The translations under genes and the position numbers were made by a program. Shown here piece after piece: positions 1-5,619 of a DNA stretch of 5,619 bases. Each line of letters starts with the position of its first letter. The first letter of the stretch is position 1. The DNA comes from Takakia lepidozioides (taxonomy: Eukaryota; Plantae; Bryophyta), in the NCBI GenBank assembly GCA_030704615.1, contig JAKLZA010000349.1:1-5619 (forward strand). The letters run 5' to 3'. The notes under the pieces are model-generated. The model saw only the letters and a list, made by a program, of their open reading frames with translations, was not told the origin of the DNA and ran no database searches.

Positions 1-481
1 TGGCTTTCAGAACCTTGCAATTGCACAACAACGGGATACGTTGAGGTATGCTAACCTGCCTACTTGGTGGGGGCTATCGTCCTGGGTTCGGAATTCAACC
101 CTGGTGACTATGTCACTCTCGGCAGCAGACTGCTCCTACGACCCTGGATGTGACTCTGCAGGACGTGTTATTTTGAGGGTTCGAGAGGGTCTTGCCCTCA
201 GGCGTCTTGGTCTTGGAGGGTCTGGATGGCATCACTTGTAAGGACATGTGCGTAATTGTGCCGCCATGCACCTTCCGAATGTCGATGGCAGGATGGACCC
301 AAACGCTGGCAGTGGTATCTGCAGGTTTGAGGTGCATGTTGGTGTGGTCCGGCTAAAAGGGGCAGCCACCATGCTGGTATGTGATCGGTGCTCTATAGAG
401 GTTGGCATATGTTGATGCTTTACTCCACCTCTTGAGATGGTTCCGGATGGGATTGGTTATGTCCACAATTGCATTGGATAG
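1..481 (+). pseudogene. Frameshifted C-terminus of a gypsy-type pol/integrase ending in a PHD finger
   Basis: Stitching + frames gives NLAIAQQRDTLRYA / GGGYRP / FNPGDYV / RQQTAPTTLDVT / AGRVILRVRE / VLPSGVLVLEGLDGITCKD / HVRNCA-PC / HLPNVDGRMDP / TLAVVSAGLRCML / CGPAK / GAATMLVCDRCS / RGWHM / CFTPPLEMVPDG / DWLCPQ / CIG* (TAG 479-481). The 'AQ.R...Y....F..GD.V' pattern is typical of the post-core region of Ty3/gypsy integrases. ORF 41..241 captures only pieces. The integrase catalytic core is not in the window. Confidence 0.82.
333..472 (+). other. PHD (C4HC3) zinc finger coding segment
   Basis: Reconstructed C-M-L-C...M-L-V-C-D-R-C-S-R-G-W-H-M-x-C-F-T-P-P-L-E-M-V-P-D-G-D-W-L-C-P-Q-C. All eight C4HC3 ligands and the characteristic PPL..VP.G.W.C..C tail are present, across several frameshifts. 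Confidence 0.9.
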
Positions 482-725
482 TTGGGTGGATACAACCCAT
501 GGGAGGTTAACCAAAACCACGACCCAGCTACTATGAGACCTTGAACACACGAGATCTTGCTCAAAGTTCATAGATTGCAAGACGGCGACTAACGATGGGG
601 CTACTCTTGGTACCCGGCTCTTGTTGATGAGTTTGAGCTCGTATTGACAGTGATAGAGAACTTAGTACGGCTGTGGCTATTACATCTTGTAGCTATCTTG
701 GAGGTAGAGGACCTATCCACCAGCT

Positions 726-735
726 AGGGGGGCGA
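726..735 (+). other. Polypurine tract (plus-strand primer site)
   Basis: AGGGGGGCGA followed by T and then TGT, resembling the common AGGGGGAGAT-TGT PPT/LTR junction, downstream of the pol stop codon. Confidence 0.6.
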
Positions 736-736
736 T

Positions 737-815
737 TGTGCAGACTACTTTATTGTGCATATATGTGTGGTGGTTTGGACAGCGATGTAGTGTTTCGATA
801 TGTATGCGCACGACA
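737..815 (+). repeat. Direct repeat, copy 1 (79 bp)
   Basis: TGTGCAGACTAC...ATTGTGCATATAT...GCGATGTAG...GATATGTATGCGCACGACA aligns end to end with 1169-1253. Confidence 0.92.
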
Positions 816-1168
816 GCGTCAAGTTAAATAGCCAGTGTGAAACCGCTAGAAATAAACGAGTTATTTGTTTTAACACTTGGATTTAGGTCAAGTGTAAATC
901 AGTTTCAAGTTTAGTTTGACACCTGGTCTGTCTTCTTTCACGAGAGCGGCAGTCGCGCGCTCATCTCTCTCGAGTTGAGCCTGCGCGAAGCCGAGCTCCT
1001 GCATGTGTTTAGGTTTTAGTGTCTTATTTAGGATACAGGTTGTTGTGGGGTGGAGTCCCCATAGCTTGGTGTGCCCCTGGCTCGACTTTTAGTTTCAATG
1101 AGTGATAACGATGGATTTTCATATTTCTGTGTGGAGTGTAATTCCCTCCTTTTTACTTTGTTTATCAT

Positions 1169-1253
1169 TGTGCTAGACTACCTTAATTGTGCATATATTT
1201 GGGTGTGGTTTTGAGGCGATGTAGTTGTGTAGCGATATGTATGCGCCACGACA
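1169..1253 (+). repeat. Direct repeat, copy 2 (85 bp)
   Basis: TGTGCTAGACTAC...ATTGTGCATATAT...GCGATGTAG...GATATGTATGCGCCACGACA. It differs from 737-815 by small indels and a few substitutions. Confidence 0.92.
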
Positions 1254-1263
1254 AGACACTTTA

Positions 1264-1331
1264 CCAGTCTGTGGTACTAGCCAGTTTTCGGCCAAAAAAG
1301 AGAAATTCGGCGCCATTTTCCAACACAGGTA
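1264..1331 (+). repeat. Degenerate copy of the right-hand repeat module
   Basis: GAAATTCGGCGCCATTTTCC-AACA-CAGGTA (1302-1331) vs GAAATTCGGCGCCATTTTTCCAGTCATGCAGGTA (4890-4923). CCAGTC...ACTAGCCAGTTTTCGGCC (1264-1293) vs CCAGTC...ACTTAGCCATTTTCGGCC (5102-5133). Confidence 0.75.
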
Positions 1332-1431
1332 CCAGTGCATGTTGGACTTAGCAGAGGAGGCCTCTAGGAAAAGATGCACTGATTTGGCCATGTTTGTCGT
1401 GGGCATGTCGGTGTCGGAGTCAGACACCTTC
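1332..1431 (-). pseudogene. MULE-like transposase, exon 2 (truncated), carrying the third-catalytic-residue motif
   Basis: Within ORF 1173..1442(-): VSDSDTDMPTTNMAKSVHLFLEASS. TTNMAKSVH matches the MULE T(T/N)NxxESxH motif with E replaced by K (codon 1385-1383). It runs directly into repeat sequence at ~1331. Confidence 0.7.
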
Positions 1432-1530
1432 CTGCCCAGCACATTTGTCGTTACAGCAAGTTACAAATATGGCCAGAATAGTATTCAACGGGACGCGAAT
1501 TCGTGCAACTCAACCCTCCCTCCCACTCAC
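1432..1530 (-). other. Spliceosomal intron in the transposase gene (~99-103 bp)
   Basis: Consensus donor GAG|GTGAGT at 1531/1530 right after ...FGDYMRE. Acceptor is CAG at 1434-1432, or AAG at 1430-1428, which keeps phase 0 into VSDSDTDMPTTN. Recognisable transposase motifs stop before and resume after this interval. Confidence 0.65.
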
Positions 1531-3629
1531 CTCCCGCATATAGTCGCCGAACGCGGAGGAAACGATATGCCCCATGCTACCAACTGACCATGCTGCTAGC
1601 TCCCCTCTTCTTATTCCTTACAACCCTGCGATGTCCATCCAAGCCCGTAATCATGCAAACTGTGTCTTTGCATCATCCACGGTGGGAGCGGCGCTTCAAC
1701 ACGCAAGAACATGAACGGGTGCTCCTCTCTGAATCCTGGCGCCACGAGCCTGGTTGTGTACTGTCGAAAGGCCTCTGCAGAAAATGGAAACCCACAGAGT
1801 CCTCCTTTGCCCTTCCATGGGAAACTTGGGGTCTTGCCCGTACACCCTTCGGATGCAGCCCAATTGCTTGTGCGTTGTCCGCCATAAACCCGGAAATCCG
1901 GAGGGGGCAATCTATCCGCCTTGGCCATCTTTTCGTTTTATTCCCTGCAAAGACGTCATCTCCGATGGTGTGTCCTCTCTCCTTTCATCTCACAAATAAC
2001 AATTGCATTAGCATCCTGCAGTGGGTTCGTAGACATGTGCACCCATTGTCACCCACTTGGTGATTTGGAATTCGCTTGATATGTCGAACATGACTCCAAC
2101 TGTTTGACAATTTCTCACATCGTCATCCTGTCGCCAATCACGCGCCGCTTCCAGTCCACACGTGGACATTTTGAATACGAAACAACGATCTGGCCTCAGT
2201 CCCTGTCCTGGAAACCTATTTCCATGAATGTAGTCATATCCACATCGTCGCTTCAACCTCCCGAATGGAGGTGCATATCCGAGCCACGCCCAATTTTCTG
2301 TTTGGCATGCGACAATGTGTTTCGGACATTCGGTGAACATAACGTGGGACACCGACTCCAGCAATGCCTCCATTTCCTTCTCGTCGAGAGAACTCTATCG
2401 GAGCCGTCTTCCTCCGACCTAATTCTGGCCAATGCCATCTTATGGCGGCTTGGAGCTGTATCTGTTTGGGTTTGGCACCCGGTCTCAACTTAACCTCCTC
2501 CTGAACAGCTGCTCTGCTTCGTGGTCAGCCTCCCCGCGAGTTCCCCCTCGCCAATTTGTGACAATGGGACCAACGTTATGCAAGCTCGGGTGATGTCAGG
2601 GAAACGGTGCAAACACATAGACTGCTTGGCATTACAAACAGACAGCAGTGGGTTGTTCTTTGCAATGCGCACACTAAAATGTGGAGTTCGGAACCTTTTC
2701 CCGAGCTCGAAATGGTTGATGAGCTGTGCCTGTCCTCGTCTCGTTCCTGTTACCTCTGGATTTTACATGGAAGCAGTTGGTGAGAAACACCGCAAACGCG
2801 CCGCACAAACAACATAGCAAACGCACCCCACACTCATCGAGCATCTTCATGCTGGTGGTTTTGTAACGCACCAAGGAATGACCGTCATGTTTTCTATCCT
2901 ATCTTCAACATTTCCGGACGCCCTCGAGTAGTCCGCCCGAGGAGGGAACTCAAAGAAAGATATTACCGTCGACGTCGCGGGAAGGCATGTAACCGATTTA
3001 ATTGCAAACTTGCTGTAGTCCAGCCGGCCAGCTCCGACCCGTGCCTTTCCAGGTGAAAGCCCTCTCAGAATTTCAAGAATAGATCGAACCGCGGTGCTCG
3101 TGCTGGGAATATGACTCCTCCTTCCACTGACATCCATTGAGGACTTGCCTGATCTCCAGTGACCTCGAACTCCATGACCTCGTCTGAGTCGACAGGTTGT
3201 GACAGCCCGGTTCTCGCTCGTCTTCATGGATGGTTTGGCTCTGGATTTATCTTCTTGCGGACTTCCCTCTTTGAGGTAGCCACTCTCTGATTCGCGGATT
3301 GTTTCCGTTGAAGGGCGCCAGGATAGAAGTGCATTTTGTCGGCCCCCCCCGCAAATGACGTCCCCCAACATCCATGTATATGATGCTGTCCGATGGTGGA
3401 ACTCGCCTTCCTGCCATCGGCCAATCATCGTGGAGCACAACATACTCTCGACAACAAGGCCGTTGAGTCCTTCCTTTCCTTCCTCCTCCAAGAAACCGAC
3501 CTCCGGTTTCAGGTGGTATCGAACGCACAGATATTTCTCTATCACCTGGCAAGGTGTCCCTCTGCACGGAAAATGAAGCTCTATGCTCGTGAGGGGGCAG
3601 TACACTGTAGCGCTCGGGTTTTCCGCCAT
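1531..3629 (-). pseudogene. MULE-like DDE transposase, exon 1, with GCM-type zinc finger; many frameshifts
   Basis: Stitching minus-strand frames (ORFs 2847..3749, 2674..2874, 2490..2672, 2234..2488, 2008..2373, 1611..1928, 1673..1885) gives MAENP (ATG 3629, CCCATGG context) ... RLDYSKFAIKSVTCLPAT-DGNI-FFEFPP ... DRKHDGH-PWCVTK-TTSMK ... zinc finger ... GAKPKQIQLQAA ... YIHGNRFPGQG..CFVFKMS ... VMFD (D1 2085-2083) ... KWVTMGAHVYEP ... IVICEMKGE ... PPPDF-GFMADNAQA (D2 1879-1877) ... CGFH (CxxH, ~1796-1784) ... LRAWMDIAG ... FGDYMRE. The order D..D..CxxH..E is the MULE-type catalytic signature. The start codon is tentative. Confidence 0.8.
2558..2898 (-). other. GCM-like (WRKY-GCM1 superfamily) DNA-binding zinc finger segment
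   Basis: Reconstructed W..TKTTS ... C-AARLR-C-x~4-C ... C-AH-C-x~8-C ... TRACI.VG.H-C-H. This matches the C-x5-C-x3-C ... C-x2-C-x8-C ... H-x-H ligand pattern of GCM domains. Confidence 0.65.
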
Positions 3630-3867
3630 GGGAGATGTGCACACAAGACTGCCAGGATGGAGTGCGGGGAAGCTCCCCGGTAGAAGGGGGATGCAGCGAT
3701 GGGAATGGAATGCGATGCCGATTTGTCCGAGCGACGAAGCCTGATCCAAATCCAGGGAGCCAACTATCTCAAAAATCCACAGTCAGAGTGTTAATGAAAC
3801 CTTGTCTCCGGAATGCGGCCCCTGGTCTTTGCACAATAACTGCCAACGGTATGCAGTCAGAAAGTGG

Positions 3868-4580
3868 GGGGCCGTCCGGATGATGACGGCTGAAGGGGAG
3901 AAGCCGGCACCGTGCCGTCCCACATCTACCCCCCGAGGGAAATTCGGCACCCAATATCCAACAGGGGAAGCCAATGAAGTCGCCTCGGGCGCAAAAGGCC
4001 GGCGCGTGTTGCGACAGAGAATATCCCCTGGATGGAGATTCGCGCCGAATTCCATCATCCATCCGGCCCCCAAAAGGAAGTCGTGACGGGGGGTCAGGCC
4101 GAAAACTGGCCGGCATAAAAACATCCCCAGATGGAAACGGCGCCGAATTTCCATCCGGGCGGTTCGGATGCAGTCGGGGAGGGGGGAAGGCCGACACTTG
4201 GCCGTCACATTTCAACCCCCGGACGATTCGGCACCGAATATCGAACAGGGGACGCCCGGATTGAAGTCGCCTCGGGCGTATAGGTCGGCACGTGTGTCGA
4301 CAGAGAGCATCCCTCTGGATGGAGAATTCGGCGCCGAATTTCCATCCAGGCCCCCCCAAGGAAAGTCTTGTCGGTGGTGTCAGACCGAAAACTGGCCGAC
4401 ATAAAAACCTCTCCAGATGGGAAAAAACGGCGCCGAATTTCAATCCGGGGCCGTTCCAATGCGTCCTGGGGGGGAGAGGTCGGCACCTGGCCGTCATATT
4501 TTCAACCAACCGGACGGAAATTCGGCCACCGATATGCAACACAGCGGCGGAGAGGCCGCACCTCTCCGACAGAGACCATC
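3868..4580. repeat. Tandem array A: ~2.5 copies of a ~287-bp unit, itself 3 x ~96-bp palindrome-centred monomers
   Basis: GAAGTCGCCTCGGGCG at 3976 and 4263; GAAAACTGGCC at 4101 and 4387; GCCGTC at 3914, 4201 and 4490. Palindromic cores are centred near 3948, 4043, 4141, 4232, 4332, 4431 and 4525. Confidence 0.9.
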
Positions 4581-4772
4581 CCCGGATGGAAGTTCGGCGC
4601 CGAATTTCCATCCAGCAGGTAAGTGAAATCCCGGATGGATCGAAATCCGGCGCCGCATTTCCATCCAGCAGGTAATTCGAATCCCCCGATGGATGGAATT
4701 CGGCGCCGAATTTCCATCCCAGCAGGTAAGTTGAATCCCGGATGGATGGAATCCGGCGCCGAATTTCCATTC
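4581..4772. repeat. Tandem array B: ~3.7 copies of a ~49-54-bp unit
   Basis: CCCGGATGGA(TGGA)ATTCGGCGCCGAATTTCCATCCAGCAGGTAA...AAT, starting at ~4581, 4630, 4684 and 4737. Confidence 0.92.
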
Positions 4773-4784
4773 GCCGAAAAGGGC

Positions 4785-4785
<1 letters not shown>

Positions 4786-4825
<40 letters not shown>

Positions 4826-5619
4826 CGGCGCCATTTTTTCATTTCGGGGCGAAAATGGCTAAGTCCCAGATCTGACTGGCACCAAATCGGAAATTCGGCG
4901 CCATTTTTCCAGTCATGCAGGTAATTCGAAGAGCGGATGGATGAAATCCTGCGCCGGATTTTCATCCATCCGCTCTTCGAATTACCTGCATGACGGAAAT
5001 TTTTGCGCGCACACCTACCTGGCGGATGAAATCCGGCGTGGATTTCCATCCATCCGTTCTTCGAATTACCTGCATGACTGGAAAAATGGGGCGCCGAAGT
5101 GCCAGTCAGATCTGGACTTAGCCATTTTCGGCCCCGAAATGAAAAAATGGCGCCGAAAAAAAAAAAAAAAAAAAAAAAAAAACCATTTTCCCTGTTTCGG
5201 ATAGGGCCGAAACGGCTAGTCCCAGATCTGACTGGCACCCAAAATCGGAAATTCGGCGCCATTTTTCCAGTCATGCAGGTAATTCGAGAGCGGATCGATG
5301 GAAATCCTGCGTCGGATTTTTCATCCACCGCTCTTCGAATTACCTGCATGATGGAATTTTACGCGCTGACTTACCTGGCGGATGGAAATCCGACGCCGGA
5401 TTTCCATCCATCCGGTCTTCGAATTACCTGCATGACTGGAAAAATGGGCGCCGAATTTCCGATTTTGGGTGCCAGTCATATCTGGGACTTAGCCGTTTCG
5501 GCCCCCCAACAAAAAATGGCGTTTTTTTTTTTTTTTTTTTTTCGGGCGGCCATTTTTCATTTCGGGGCCGAAAATGGCTAAGTCCCAGATCTGACTCACA
5601 CAAATCGGAAATTCGGCGC
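4786..5619. repeat. Array C: ~360-bp imperfect palindromic (foldback) units separated by T40 (4786-4825), A27 (5156-5182) and T21 (5522-5542); continues beyond the window
   Basis: CCCAGATCTGACT recurs at 4865, 5221 and 5584. Each unit's left arm is the reverse complement of its right arm, e.g. CGGCGCCATTTTTTCATTTCGGGG at 4826 vs CCCCGAAATGAAAAAATGGCGCCG ending 5155. Confidence 0.93.
4912..4994. repeat. Perfect 35-bp inverted repeat (hairpin/cruciform) with 13-nt spacer
   Basis: GTCATGCAGGTAATTCGAAGAGCGGATGGATGAAA (4912-4946) is the exact reverse complement of 4960-4994. An imperfect counterpart lies at ~5271-5351. Confidence 0.95.

Larger units (their letters stand above)
1..1253 (+). mobile_element. 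3' portion of a Ty3/gypsy-type LTR retrotransposon (integrase tail + PHD, 3' UTR, PPT, 3' LTR); 5' part lies outside the window
   Basis: Canonical order: integrase C-terminal peptide and PHD finger (1-481), ~245 bp non-coding, purine tract at 726-735, then a segment starting TGT (737) and ending ACA (1253), after which an unrelated repeat family begins. Confidence 0.75.
737..1253 (+). repeat. Probable 3' LTR (517 bp, TGT...ACA)
   Basis: Starts TGT right after the PPT and ends ACA where a different repeat family begins; AATAAA at 851-856. An alternative end is CA at 1166-1167. The partner 5' LTR is not in the window, so boundaries are inferred. Confidence 0.6.
1254..5619 (-). mobile_element. 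Putative Mutator-like (MULE) DNA transposon with complex, foldback-type modular ends; true termini not in window
   Basis: A DDE transposase pseudogene is flanked on both sides by the same GAAATTCGGCGCC-containing repeat family (1264-1331 and 3868-5619). That the repeats belong to the element is inferred; no terminus or TSD is visible. Confidence 0.55.

Noticed and set aside
113-580. Minus-strand ORFs 113..337 and 353..580
   Set aside because: Antisense to the integrase/PHD segment, which explains the region better.
955-987. GC-rich imperfect hairpin inside the LTR (CGCGC-GCTCA...TGAGC-CT-GCGCG)
   Set aside because: Short and imperfect, and expected by chance in GC-rich sequence; no function can be supported.
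737-1253. Independent TRIM/mini-LTR element (80-bp LTRs + 353-bp interior)
   Set aside because: No PBS (TGG...) after the first copy and a pyrimidine-rich rather than purine tract before the second; the only PPT lies before copy 1.
1503-2817. Plus-strand ORFs 1503..2063, 1754..1999, 2104..2493 and 2521..2817
   Set aside because: Antisense shadows of the minus-strand transposase with no recognisable motifs.
2847-3749. 300-aa ORF as a standalone intact gene
   Set aside because: Its distal part carries transposase N-terminal motifs that continue in other frames (DGNIF, DRKHDGH), so it is a piece of the frameshifted transposase. The first 40 codons precede the first plausible ATG (3629).
3938-4772. 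CRISPR-like look: ~30-bp palindromic repeats at regular spacing
   Set aside because: The spacers are themselves repeated or related, repeat copies are degenerate, periods vary (96 vs 53 bp), no cas gene is present, and the context is eukaryotic (intron, PHD, LTR element).
4737-4825. Hairpin followed by poly-T as an intrinsic terminator, or poly-A/T tracts as retroposon tails
   Set aside because: The tracts are recurring structural linkers of array C in alternating orientation, with no TSDs or associated gene, and the context is not prokaryotic.
3769-5349. 526-aa minus-strand ORF and the overlapping ORFs with poly-K/poly-F runs
   Set aside because: They are translations of GC-rich, stop-poor palindromic repeats and homopolymers (recurring MEIRRR/KFGAEF peptides appear on both strands), with no domain signal.
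5369-5380. ACTTACCTGG matching the U1 snRNA 5' end
   Set aside because: Only ~10 nt match and no downstream U1 stem-loops or Sm site, so it is not an snRNA gene. Kept only as a splice-donor-like motif.

Overview
Eukaryotic, repeat-derived DNA with no intact host gene. The motif style suggests a non-seed plant or green-algal genome, which is an inference. Three layers are visible. (1) 1-1253 (+) is the 3' end of a Ty3/gypsy-type LTR retrotransposon: a frameshifted integrase tail ending in a PHD finger, a polypurine tract, and a probable 3' LTR whose first ~80 bp are repeated at its end. (2) ~1332-3629 (-) is a heavily frameshifted, intron-containing Mutator-like (MULE) DDE transposase with an N-terminal GCM-type double zinc finger. 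It is visible only by stitching several small ORFs, its third catalytic residue reads K instead of E, and exon 2 is cut off. (3) ~3868-5619 is a hierarchical array built on the palindrome GGATGGAAATTCGGCGCCGAATTTCCATCC: ~96/287-bp units, then ~53-bp units, then ~360-bp foldback units separated by T40/A27/T21 tracts. A decayed copy of the same module lies on the other side of the transposase (1264-1331). The most interesting reading is a foldback-type GCM-MULE with modular palindromic ends, into which the PHD-gypsy element inserted. All protein calls come from manual frame-stitching and motif recognition, with no database search. The many single-base indels may be long-read sequencing error rather than biological decay.
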